From NCBI GenBank assembly GCA_041906305.1, contig JAYRJL010000004.1, positions 264,334 to 328,333 on the forward strand: a DNA stretch of 64,000 nucleotides, read 5' to 3'. Numbering within the stretch: the first letter of the stretch is position 1; every line of letters begins with the position of its first letter. Source of the DNA: Alphaproteobacteria bacterium (lineage in GTDB: Bacteria; Pseudomonadota; Alphaproteobacteria; SHVZ01). Both the position numbers and the translations under genes were made by a program. This document shows positions 1 through 8,433 of this stretch, piece after piece. The notes beneath the pieces are model-generated. The model searched no databases. It had not been told where the DNA came from and was given only the letters and a program-made list of their open reading frames with translations.

Positions 1-305
1 CCGCTCTCGCTCATCGCGGCGATGCCGTTGACGAACTCGGTCTCGCCGACGGGGCGCAGCTCCTCAGGCCCACCGGCGCGATGCATCGAGCGCGCCTGCA
101 GATAGACGGTGGAGACGATGTTGTGGCCGCTGTTGGCATCCTCGAGGAAGTCCGGCAGCAGGTAGCGCCAGTCGGGCTTCTCCCAGAAGTGATGATGCGG
201 ATCGACGATCGGCAGATCCGGCTCGAGGATCTCTTCGCGGCGCCGGTCCAGCCAGTCCTGGCGCACGGGGATGTAGGGGGCGAACGAGGCTTTGGCGGCG
301 GTCAT
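1..305 (-). CDS. amidohydrolase family 2 protein (PF04909-like), 3' end truncated by window edge
   Basis: Reverse-complement translation of 305..1 gives MTAAKASFAPYIPVRQDWLDRRREEILEPDLPIVDPHHHFWEKPDWRYLLPDF..., containing the metal-binding DPHHHFW motif typical of ACMSD-type amidohydrolases. GGGAGGA Shine-Dalgarno upstream of the ATG at 305. Not in the ORF track because it is partial. Confidence 0.75.
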   Translation of the reverse strand, partial: MTAAKASFAPYIPVRQDWLDRRREEILEPDLPIVDPHHHFWEKPDWRYLLPDFLEDANSGHNIVSTVYLQARSMHRAGGPEELRPVGETEFVNGIAAMSES

Positions 306-365
306 GGCGATCCTCCCGGGTGCGGCGAGGATGCCAGACCTGACGAGGCGGTCAACGCGCTTGGA

Positions 366-1169
366 TCATTCAGCGGCGCGGGCGTAGCGGCGGTCGAGAT
401 CCGCCTGGGCCTCGTTCTCGACGAACGCCTCGATGATGGCGCTGATCTCCTCGGGCTTGTCCATCTGGGCCCAGTGGCTGGTGCCGAAGACGCGGGCGAA
501 AGGCAGGCCGGGGACGATCCGGTGCAGATCGTGCGGCAGCTCCTCGTCGCCGGGGACGACGGCGAGCTTCGGACCCGGATAGAGGATCATGCCGGGCACC
601 GGATCGAAGCCGAAGATGGCCTTGATCAGCGCGAAGCCGGCGTCCTTCGGCATCGTCTTCATGCCGGCGGCGACGCGCGCCTTCGTGGCGGGCGTCGAGC
701 CGGCGAGGAGCTTCCGCCAATAGGCGGCCGTGGCGCCGTCATAGTCCGCCATCAGCGAGGCGAGTACCTGCGTCGCGTCATTGTCGGGAACCTTGCCCGG
801 CGCGCCGATGGTGAGGAGGCCGGCGACGCGGTCGGGGTGGCCCGCGGCATAGTCGATGGCGACCGCGCCGCCGAGCGAATGCCCGACCAGCACGAAGTCG
901 TAGAGGCCGAGCTTGTTGACGACGGCGGCGACGTCGTCGGCGAGCCGGTCGACGGTCAGGTCGTCGAGAAGGTCGGTTGCCTGCGATCGGCCGTGGTTGC
1001 GGAAGTCGAGCGCGATCGCCCGCCGCGATGTCCGGAAGTGATCCAGCTGCGCCCGCCAGTGCTCGCCGCTGCCGGCGAAGGCATGCAGGAAGACGAGGGG
1101 CGGGCCGCCCACGCCATCGTCATCGACGTGAAGGGCACCGACGGGGCTGGGGACGGCGGTCGTCGGCAT
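366..1169 (-). CDS. alpha/beta hydrolase fold protein
   Basis: 267-aa ORF with a GHSLGG nucleophile elbow and the HG..FLHAF oxyanion region. GGAGGT Shine-Dalgarno before the ATG at 1169. Confidence 0.85.
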   Translation of the reverse strand: MPTTAVPSPVGALHVDDDGVGGPPLVFLHAFAGSGEHWRAQLDHFRTSRRAIALDFRNHGRSQATDLLDDLTVDRLADDVAAVVNKLGLYDFVLVGHSLGGAVAIDYAAGHPDRVAGLLTIGAPGKVPDNDATQVLASLMADYDGATAAYWRKLLAGSTPATKARVAAGMKTMPKDAGFALIKAIFGFDPVPGMILYPGPKLAVVPGDEELPHDLHRIVPGLPFARVFGTSHWAQMDKPEEISAIIEAFVENEAQADLDRRYARAAE

Positions 1170-1232
1170 GGCGACCTCCTGCTGTCATCCACCTCCGGAT
1201 GACAACAAGGCCGCCGCATTCGGAGTTCCGGC

Positions 1233-1949
1233 TCAGGCCGGCTTCGGTTCCTGGGCGCGCACCCACTCGCCGTGCTTCTGGCAGCTCGCCTCGGCGAGAT
1301 CGACGAAGACCCCGGCGATGTCCTCGGGCGGCGTCACCGTCAGCGGATCCTCGCCCGGGAAGGCGCCGGCGCGCATCTGGGTGCGGACGGCGCCGGGCGA
1401 GAGCAGGTTCGCCCTGATGTTGGATTTCTCGATCTCCTTGCACCACGTGTAGACGAGGCCTTCCATGCCGGCCTTGGTCGCGGTGTAGGCGCCGAAATAG
1501 GCGGGTATGCCCTTGGTCACGCCCGAGGTGACGAAGATCGCGCGGCCGGCGTCCGAGAGCTTGAGCAGCGGCTCGAAGGTGCGGATCAGGCGCCATTGAG
1601 CCGTCATGTTCAGCATCACGGACTCGTGCCAGTCCTTCGGCGTGATCTGCGCGACGGGCGTGAGCGTGGTGGCGACCGCGGCGTTGGCGACCAGCACGTC
1701 GAGCTTCTTGAAGCGCTCGAAGACCGCCTGGCCCATCTTCTCGATGCCGTCGGGCGACATGAGGTCGAGCGGGATCAGGGTGGCGCTGCCGCCCATCTTC
1801 TTGATCGTGTCGTCGAGCTCCTCGAGCCCGCCCACGGTGCGGGCGGTCGCGATGACATGAGCGCCCTCCCTGGCGAAGCGTTCGGCGACGGCGCGGCCGA
1901 TGCCGCGCGACGCGCCGGTGACGAGCGCGATCCGATCTTTCAGGCGCAT
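1233..1949 (-). CDS. SDR family NAD(P)-dependent oxidoreductase
   Basis: TGASRGIGRA Rossmann motif plus the YxxxK region. I prefer the MRLKDRIALVTG start at 1949 over the 1991 ORF start, because the 1991 start would overlap a strong hairpin (1993-2066). Confidence 0.8.
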   Translation of the reverse strand: MRLKDRIALVTGASRGIGRAVAERFAREGAHVIATARTVGGLEELDDTIKKMGGSATLIPLDLMSPDGIEKMGQAVFERFKKLDVLVANAAVATTLTPVAQITPKDWHESVMLNMTAQWRLIRTFEPLLKLSDAGRAIFVTSGVTKGIPAYFGAYTATKAGMEGLVYTWCKEIEKSNIRANLLSPGAVRTQMRAGAFPGEDPLTVTPPEDIAGVFVDLAEASCQKHGEWVRAQEPKPA

Positions 1950-1992
1950 GTGTTCAGGTTCCGAATGGAGGACGGGGGATACAAGGTGCATG

Positions 1993-2066
1993 CTTCGACA
2001 GGCTCAGCATGAGGGGCATTTCAGAAGCCATCAAGAACCCTCACCCTGAGCCTGTCGAAGGGTGAG
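1993..2066. repeat. long inverted-repeat hairpin element (perfect 15-bp arms 1993-2007 / 2046-2060 plus nested arms)
   Basis: cttcgacaggctcag ... ctgagcctgtcgaag is a perfect inverted repeat with a 38-nt spacer. A nested tgaggg/ccctca pair and a ctcacc/ggtgag pair are also present. It lies immediately 3' of purF. Confidence 0.7.
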
Positions 2067-2083
2067 TTCCAGCGGACGCCGCG

Positions 2084-3538
2084 TCAGACCGTCTCGGTCA
2101 GCAGCGAGAGCTGCTGGGTCTGGCCTTCGAGCTGGTCGACCAGCGGGATCGGGTAGTCGCCGGTGAAGCAGGCATCGCAGTACTGCGGGTTGGCCGTGTC
2201 GCGGCCCGTCTTGCCCATCGCCCGATAAAGTCCGTCGAGCGAGATGAAGGCCAGCGAGTCCGCGCCGATGAACTCGGCCATGCCTTTGAGGTCCATGCGG
2301 GCGGCGAGCAGCTTGGAACGCTCCGGGGTGTCGACGCCGTAGAAGCAGGAATGCGTGGTCGGCGGGCTGGCGATGCGGAAATGCACTTCCTTGGCTCCGG
2401 CCTGGCGGACCATCTGGATGATCTTGGTCGAGGTGGTGCCGCGGACGATGGAGTCGTCCACGAGGATCACGCGCTTGCCTTCGATCTGGGCGCGGTTGGC
2501 GTTGTGCTTCAGCTTCACGCCGAGATGGCGGATGTGGTCGCTCGGCTCGATGAAGGTGCGGCCGACATAGTGGTTGCGGATGATGCCGAGCTCGAACGGG
2601 ATTCCGCTCTCGGCGGCGTAGCCGATCGCCGCAGGCACGCCGGAATCCGGCACCGGGATCACGAGGTCGGCATCGACGCCGCTTTCGCGGGAAAGCTCGG
2701 CGCCGATGCGCTTGCGCGCCTCGTAGACGCTCGATCCCTCGACGACGCTGTCGGGGCGCGCGAAGTAGATGTACTCGAAGATGCAGAAGCGCTTCTGCTG
2801 CTCGCGGAAGGGCTTGTGGCTGTGCACGCCGGTGTCGTCGATGACGACGACTTCGCCGGCTTCGATGTCGCGCACGAACTCGGCGCCGATGATGTCGAGG
2901 CCGCAGGTCTCGGAGGCCAGGATGTACGCGTCGCCGAGCTTGCCCAGCACCAGCGGACGCACGCCATGTGGATCGCGGACGCCGATCAGCCCGGCAGGAG
3001 ACAGAGCCACCAGGGAATACGCGCCCTCGACCTGGCGCATCGCGCCGACCAGCCGGTCGATCACGCTCAAGCCGCGGCCGAGCGCCATCAGGTGGACGAT
3101 GACCTCGCTGTCGGTCGTCGACTGGAATAGGCAGCCGCGGCGGACGAGGTCCTTCCGGAGCTCCATCGCGTTGGTGAGGTTGCCGTTGTGGCCGACGGCG
3201 AAGCCGCCGGACTCGAACTCGGCGAACAGCGGCTGCGAGTTGCGCGCGACCGTGGCGCCGGTGGTGGCGTAGCGGTTGTGGCCGATCGCGGCGTGGCCCT
3301 TGAGGCGCTGGATGACGGCGGGGTCGCCGAAGTTGTCGCCGACGTGACCGAGCCCCCGATGTGCCGAGAACTGCTGGCCGTCGAAGGCGACGATGCCGGT
3401 CGCCTCCTGGCCGCGGTGCTGCTGGGCATGCAGGCCGAGCGCGGTATGCGCCGCCGCATCGGGCGTGCCGTAGATGCCGAACAGCGCGCACTCTTCGTGC
3501 AGCTTGTCGTCGTCGAAGGGGCTGGTCGTGAAGGTCAT
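2084..3538 (-). CDS. purF: amidophosphoribosyltransferase
   Basis: 484-aa ORF; the mature N-terminal Cys lies in the CALFGIYG motif, followed by the Ntn glutaminase and PRTase domains. Confidence 0.95.
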   Translation of the reverse strand: MTFTTSPFDDDKLHEECALFGIYGTPDAAAHTALGLHAQQHRGQEATGIVAFDGQQFSAHRGLGHVGDNFGDPAVIQRLKGHAAIGHNRYATTGATVARNSQPLFAEFESGGFAVGHNGNLTNAMELRKDLVRRGCLFQSTTDSEVIVHLMALGRGLSVIDRLVGAMRQVEGAYSLVALSPAGLIGVRDPHGVRPLVLGKLGDAYILASETCGLDIIGAEFVRDIEAGEVVVIDDTGVHSHKPFREQQKRFCIFEYIYFARPDSVVEGSSVYEARKRIGAELSRESGVDADLVIPVPDSGVPAAIGYAAESGIPFELGIIRNHYVGRTFIEPSDHIRHLGVKLKHNANRAQIEGKRVILVDDSIVRGTTSTKIIQMVRQAGAKEVHFRIASPPTTHSCFYGVDTPERSKLLAARMDLKGMAEFIGADSLAFISLDGLYRAMGKTGRDTANPQYCDACFTGDYPIPLVDQLEGQTQQLSLLTETV

Positions 3539-3561
3539 CGGCGGCCTGGTTCTGCCTTCCG

Positions 3562-4239
3562 CTACTGGGTGGATCGGATCAGGCCGTCGAGGTCGCGACG
3601 CTGCTCGGCATTATAGCCGGGGCGTGCTTCCTGGGCACCGGGATTCGCCTGCGGCTGGGGGTTGACCAGCCGATCGTAGGTCCGCTTCAGCTCGACCGCC
3701 TGCTCCGCCTTGCGCTTGGCGTCGTCGGCCGCCGCCCGGGTCTGCGATGTGGCCTCGCGCGGCAGCAGGTTCAAGAGCATCTGCGCGCCTGACTCGATCG
3801 CCGGCAACGTCTTGGCGTTGGCGATCCAGTCGGGCCGGTTCTCCTTCGCCACCGCCCAGTTCACGACCAGGAGACCGAGGCAGACGATCACCGCGCCGCG
3901 CGCCAAGCCGAACAGGAAGCCCAGCGAGCGGTCGAGGGCGGAAAGCCCGCTGTCCTGGACCCGCCTGGAAATCGCGCCCGAGATCATGCTGAGGACGATC
4001 AGCGCCACGATGAACAGCGCCGCGCCGGCGGCCGCATCCGCGATCATGTCGACCGAGATGAACTGGCGCGCGATCGGGCGCGCGTACTTGAAGCCGTAGA
4101 GCGCGGCCAGTGCCGCGCCGACCCAGGCGCCGATCGACAGCGCCTCGCGAACGAAGCCGCGGAAGAAGGCGAAGAGGCCGGAGAGCAGGATGATCCCGAT
4201 CACCAGGCCGTCGGTGAAGGTGAAGGCGAGGGCGTTCAT
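3562..4239 (-). CDS. cvpA: colicin V production membrane protein CvpA
   Basis: 225 aa from MNALAFTFTDGLVIGIILLSGLFAFFRGF. Multi-pass membrane protein with a basic hydrophilic tail. Conserved radA-cvpA-purF synteny. Confidence 0.85.
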   Translation of the reverse strand: MNALAFTFTDGLVIGIILLSGLFAFFRGFVREALSIGAWVGAALAALYGFKYARPIARQFISVDMIADAAAGAALFIVALIVLSMISGAISRRVQDSGLSALDRSLGFLFGLARGAVIVCLGLLVVNWAVAKENRPDWIANAKTLPAIESGAQMLLNLLPREATSQTRAAADDAKRKAEQAVELKRTYDRLVNPQPQANPGAQEARPGYNAEQRRDLDGLIRSTQ

Positions 4240-5621
4240 GCGCGCTTCCGTCGCAGGGTCGATTCGCCGTCGAGGCGCTGGACCAGCTCGGCAAGCTGGT
4301 CGATCTCGACCAGCTCCAGCGGGGCGTCGCCGCCTCGCTGCTTCCGGCGCCTGGGCAGGAAGGCTTTGGAGAAGCCCAATTTCGCCGCCTCCTTGAGACG
4401 GGCGTCGGTCTGGCTGACCTGCCGGACCTCGCCCGCGAGCCCGATCTCCCCGAAGACCACCGTGTCGGTCGGAACCGGGGTCTGCGTCAAGGACGAGATG
4501 AGGGCCGCCGCGCAGGCGAGATCGGCCGCCGGCTCGTTCACCTTGAGGCCGCCGGCGACGTTCAGGTCGACGTCGGCGCCGGCGAGGCTGACCCCGCAGC
4601 GGGCATCCAGTACCGCGGTGATCATCGCGAGCCGGCTGGAATCCCAGCCGACCACCTGCCGGCGCGGGGTGGAGAAGGGCGAGGGGGCGACCAGCGCCTG
4701 GACCTCGACCAGCACGGGCCGCGTGCCTTCCATGCCCGCGAATACCGCGGCACCGGAGACATCGCCCCGTCGCTCGGCGAGGAACAGCGCCGACGGGTTC
4801 GAGACCTCCGAAAGGCCGCGATCGGTCATCTCGAAGACGCCGATCTCGTCGGTCGGGCCGAAGCGGTTCTTGACCGCGCGCAGGATGCGGAAGTGGTGTC
4901 CGCGCTCGCCCTCGAAGTAGAGCACGGTATCGACCATGTGCTCGAGCACGCGGGGACCGGCGATCACGCCTTCCTTGGTCACGTGGCCGACGAGGAAGAG
5001 GGCGAAGCCGCGCCTCTTGGCGAGCTTGATCAGCTCCTGTGCCGAAGCGCGCACCTGCGAAACGGTGCCCGGCGCCGAGTCCAATGTGTCGACATACATG
5101 GTCTGGATGGAGTCGATCACGACCACGTCCTTGTGGTCGGCGCCGTCCAGGCTCGCGAGGATGTCGCGCACGGAAGTGGCCGCGGCGAGCGCTACCTGCG
5201 CACCCTCGACCTTGAGGCGCTTGGCGCGGAGCCGCACCTGGTCGATCGATTCTTCGCCGGAGATGTAGATCGTCGAGCCCTTCGTCGCCAGCCGCGCGAC
5301 CACCTGCAGCAGCAGCGTCGACTTGCCGATGCCGGGATCGCCGCCGATCAGGATCGCCGAGCCCGGCACCAGGCCGCCGCCGCACACGCGGTCGAACTCG
5401 GCGATGCCGGTGACCGAGCGCGGTACCTCGGTCGAGGTGCCGGAGAGCTCGACGAAGTCGATCTTGCGCCCGCCCTTGGCCGACTGGCCTTTCGGCGCCA
5501 GCGCCTCGGCGGCTTCCTCGACGATCGTGTTCCAGGCGCCGCAGGACTCGCACCGTCCCGCCCACTTCGCCGTCGAGGCGCCGCAGGACTGGCAGACGTA
5601 GCGGGTTTGCGGTTTCGCCAT
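4236..5621 (-). CDS. radA: DNA repair protein RadA (Sms)
   Basis: N-terminal C4 zinc finger CQSCGASTAKWAGRCESCGAW, Walker A GDPGIGKST, Lon-like C-terminal domain. Overlaps cvpA by 4 nt. Confidence 0.95.
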   Translation of the reverse strand: MAKPQTRYVCQSCGASTAKWAGRCESCGAWNTIVEEAAEALAPKGQSAKGGRKIDFVELSGTSTEVPRSVTGIAEFDRVCGGGLVPGSAILIGGDPGIGKSTLLLQVVARLATKGSTIYISGEESIDQVRLRAKRLKVEGAQVALAAATSVRDILASLDGADHKDVVVIDSIQTMYVDTLDSAPGTVSQVRASAQELIKLAKRRGFALFLVGHVTKEGVIAGPRVLEHMVDTVLYFEGERGHHFRILRAVKNRFGPTDEIGVFEMTDRGLSEVSNPSALFLAERRGDVSGAAVFAGMEGTRPVLVEVQALVAPSPFSTPRRQVVGWDSSRLAMITAVLDARCGVSLAGADVDLNVAGGLKVNEPAADLACAAALISSLTQTPVPTDTVVFGEIGLAGEVRQVSQTDARLKEAAKLGFSKAFLPRRRKQRGGDAPLELVEIDQLAELVQRLDGESTLRRKRA

Positions 5622-5637
5622 GGGCTTAAGCCGAGGC

Positions 5638-5780
5638 TCCTTGGGATTCCCTCCCCCCGTAGTGGGGGAGGGTTAGGGTGGGGGGCGAGGGCACGCGGCG
5701 AACGCGGGAGCTCTTAACTCCACCCCCACCCCAATCCTCCCCCATCGAGGGGGAAGGGCGACGAAAGCGGGCTCGGCGCA
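5638..5780. repeat. G/C-tract multi-hairpin intergenic repeat element (REP-like)
   Basis: Three hairpins: ccctcccc-N8-ggggaggg (5649-5672), gggtgggggg...ccacccccacccc, and tcctccccc-atcga-gggggaagg (5735-5757). Located between the mlaF-like stop and the radA start. Confidence 0.65.
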
Positions 5781-5789
5781 TCGCGTTGC

Positions 5790-6563
5790 TCACGGTCGCC
5801 TCACCGCCATCTGGATCGGGCCTTCTGCGCGGCCGTGGATGAACTGGTCGACATAGGCGTTGCCCGAGCGGTCGATCTCCGAGACGGGGCCGGCCCAGAT
5901 GAACCTGCCATTGTAGATCATGGCGATGTGGGTCGCGATCTTCCGCGCGCTGTGCATGTCGTGGGTGATCGAGATCGTCGTGGCGCCGAGCTTCTTCACG
6001 CAGGCGACGATCAGGTCGTTGATCACGTCGGCCATGATCGGATCGAGGCCGGTGGTCGGCTCGTCGAAGAAGATGATCTCGGGCTCGCTGGCGATCGCGC
6101 GGGCCAGCGCCACGCGCTTCTGCATGCCGCCGGAGAGTTCCGACGGGAAGAGCTCGGCGACCGGTGCCGCGAGGCCGACCTGCGCCAGCTTGCCCAGCGC
6201 GATCTCCTTCGCTTCCTTCTTCGCCATGCCCTGGCCCTGGACCAGGCGGAAGGCGACGTTCTCCCAGACGGGCAGGCTGTCGAAGAGGGCCGAGCCCTGG
6301 AACAGCATGCCGATCTTGCTTTGAACCTCCTCGCGATCCTCGCCGCGAGCGCCGACCGTTTCCTCGCCGTCGATTTTGATCGAGCCGGCATCGGGCGTGA
6401 TGATGCCGAGGATGCATTTCAGCAGCACCGACTTGCCCGAGCCTGATCCGCCGATCACGACGAGGCTCTCGCCCGCGGGCAGCGCGTAGTCGATGCCGTC
6501 GAGCACCACCTTCTCGCCGAAGCGCTTCTTCACGCCCTGGAGCTGGATCTTCGGTGTCGTCAT
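5790..6563 (-). CDS. mlaF: ABC transporter ATP-binding protein, MlaF/Ttg2A-like
   Basis: Walker A GGSGSGKS, ABC signature LSGGMQKR, Walker B IIFFDEPT. Paired with the MlaE-like permease. Confidence 0.85.
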   Translation of the reverse strand: MTTPKIQLQGVKKRFGEKVVLDGIDYALPAGESLVVIGGSGSGKSVLLKCILGIITPDAGSIKIDGEETVGARGEDREEVQSKIGMLFQGSALFDSLPVWENVAFRLVQGQGMAKKEAKEIALGKLAQVGLAAPVAELFPSELSGGMQKRVALARAIASEPEIIFFDEPTTGLDPIMADVINDLIVACVKKLGATTISITHDMHSARKIATHIAMIYNGRFIWAGPVSEIDRSGNAYVDQFIHGRAEGPIQMAVRRP

Positions 6564-7333
6564 TTGGCGAAGAACAGCTCGGTGATGATGTAGTTGAAGA
6601 TCAGGATCAGGATCGAGGCGGAAACGACGGCGTTGGTCGTGGCCTGGCCGACGCCCTGGGCGCCGCCCTTCGAGTTGTAGCCGTGGTAGCAGCCGGTCAG
6701 CGCCACCAGGAAGCCGAAGGCCGAGGCCTTCACCAGGCCCGAGACCACGTCGATCATCTCGAGGTAGTCCCAGGTACGGCGAAGATAGGCCGCGGCGTTG
6801 AAGTCGAGCTTGTAGACGCTGACCAGGTAGCCGCCGAAGACGCCGAGGATGTCGCCGATCAGCACCAGAAGCGGCAGCATCGTGGCGCCGGCGATCAGCC
6901 TTGGCACCACGAGGTACTTGTAGGGATCGGTCGAGAGCACGGTGAGCGCGTCGATCTGATCGGTCACGCGCATCGTGCCGATCTCGGCCGCCATCGCCGC
7001 GCCGATGCGGCCCGCGACCATCAGGCCCGCCAGCACCGGCGCCAGCTCGCGCGTCATCGACAGCACGACGACGGTTGCGACCGCGCCCTCGGCCGAGAAG
7101 CGCGCGAAGCCGGTGTAGCTCTGCAGCGCCAGCACCATGCCGGAGAACAAGGTGGTCAGCGCCACGACCGGCAGCGAGAAGTAGCCGATCTCGATCATCT
7201 GCCAGCCGATGAGGCGGGGGTAGAAGGGCGGGCGGAACATGTGCCCGACCGCGACCGCCGCGAACATCGACAGGCGCCCGATCGCGGCCAGCGCGTCGAG
7301 GAAGGCGCGGCCGATGGCGGCGAGGAGGCCCAT
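6560..7333 (-). CDS. mlaE: ABC transporter permease, MlaE-like
   Basis: 257 aa from MGLLAAIGRA (ATG 7333). Hydrophobic multi-pass protein of the MlaE family. The 600-aa ORF in the track is a readthrough composite. 4-nt overlap with mlaF. Confidence 0.85.
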   Translation of the reverse strand: MGLLAAIGRAFLDALAAIGRLSMFAAVAVGHMFRPPFYPRLIGWQMIEIGYFSLPVVALTTLFSGMVLALQSYTGFARFSAEGAVATVVVLSMTRELAPVLAGLMVAGRIGAAMAAEIGTMRVTDQIDALTVLSTDPYKYLVVPRLIAGATMLPLLVLIGDILGVFGGYLVSVYKLDFNAAAYLRRTWDYLEMIDVVSGLVKASAFGFLVALTGCYHGYNSKGGAQGVGQATTNAVVSASILILIFNYIITELFFAK

Positions 7334-8433
7334 CAGGCGGCCGATCCGACGTAGCGTCGCGCGTAGCGGCGGGAGAGTCCGGTCAGCATCTGGTATCCGT
7401 TGGTGCCGGCGAGGCGTCCGAGCTCGTCCGGCGGCAGCTCTTCGCCCATCAGCACGACCGGCGTTCCGGGTCGGGATGCCTCTTCGGGCAGGTCGGTCAC
7501 GTCGAAGGTCACCAGATCCATCGAGACGCGGCCTACCAGGGGGATCGGACGGCCGGCAATATATCCGCGGCCCCGGTTGGTGAGCGAGCGCAAATAGCCG
7601 TCGGCATAGCCCACGCCGACGGTGGCGATCCGGGTCGACCGATTCGCACGCCATTGCGCGTTGTAGCCGACCGACCTTCCGTCGGCGATCGTTCGCACGG
7701 TCAGGATCTCGGCCTCCAGCCTCACCGTCGTCTTCATCGGATTCGGCGCGTTCTCGACCGGCGCCAGGCCGTAGAGCGCGGCACCCGGGCGGACCATGTC
7801 GAAGTGATACGCGGGACCCAGGAAGATTCCCGCGGAGTTGGCGAGACTCGCCTTGGCCTTGGGCAGCTTCGCCAGGGCGCCGCGGAATCGGCCGAGCTGC
7901 AGCGGGTTGTCCGGGTCGGCCTGCACCTCGCCCGAGACCAGGTGGCTCATGATCCAGGCGATCTCGACGCTCTCGAGGCGGCCTGCTTCGGCCGCGAGCG
8001 TCTCCACCTCGGGCTCGGACAGCCCGAGCCGGCTCATGCCGGTATCGACGTGGATCACGGTGCGGCCGCCGCCGTTCTTCGTCCACGTCGCAAGCTGGTC
8101 GAGCGAATTGATGACGGGAGTCAGCCGGTGCTGCCGGAACTCGCCTTCGCTTCCCGGGCGCGGGCCTTCGAGCACGCCGATCTCGCGGTCGATGGCGGCG
8201 CGGAGCCGGATGCCTTCGTCGAGCGTGGCCACGAAGAAGACCCTGGCACCGGCGCGGGCGAGGGCAGGGCCGACGAACTCGGCGCCGAGGCCGTAGGCGT
8301 CGGCCTTCACCATCGCCGCGCAGTCGGCATGCGGGGCGGCGCGCGCCGCCAGCAGCCGCCAATTGGCGACGACGGCGTCGAGGTCGACGGTCAGCCGCGC
8401 GCCGGCATTCGCCGGGATGTCAGCCGATCTCAT
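7333..8433 (-). CDS. alr: alanine racemase
   Basis: PLP lysine in the AMVKADAYGLG motif near the N-terminus; overall alanine racemase fold length of 366 aa. Confidence 0.9.
   Translation of the reverse strand: MRSADIPANAGARLTVDLDAVVANWRLLAARAAPHADCAAMVKADAYGLGAEFVGPALARAGARVFFVATLDEGIRLRAAIDREIGVLEGPRPGSEGEFRQHRLTPVINSLDQLATWTKNGGGRTVIHVDTGMSRLGLSEPEVETLAAEAGRLESVEIAWIMSHLVSGEVQADPDNPLQLGRFRGALAKLPKAKASLANSAGIFLGPAYHFDMVRPGAALYGLAPVENAPNPMKTTVRLEAEILTVRTIADGRSVGYNAQWRANRSTRIATVGVGYADGYLRSLTNRGRGYIAGRPIPLVGRVSMDLVTFDVTDLPEEASRPGTPVVLMGEELPPDELGRLAGTNGYQMLTGLSRRYARRYVGSAA

Noticed and set aside
3562-5565. 667-aa and other long composite ORFs (also 6560-8362, 38296-40575, 39558-42035, 29997-32423)
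   Set aside because: Each fuses a real C-terminal gene with an upstream out-of-frame or antisense stretch. Real starts were placed at internal Met/GTG/TTG codons using RBS and homology.
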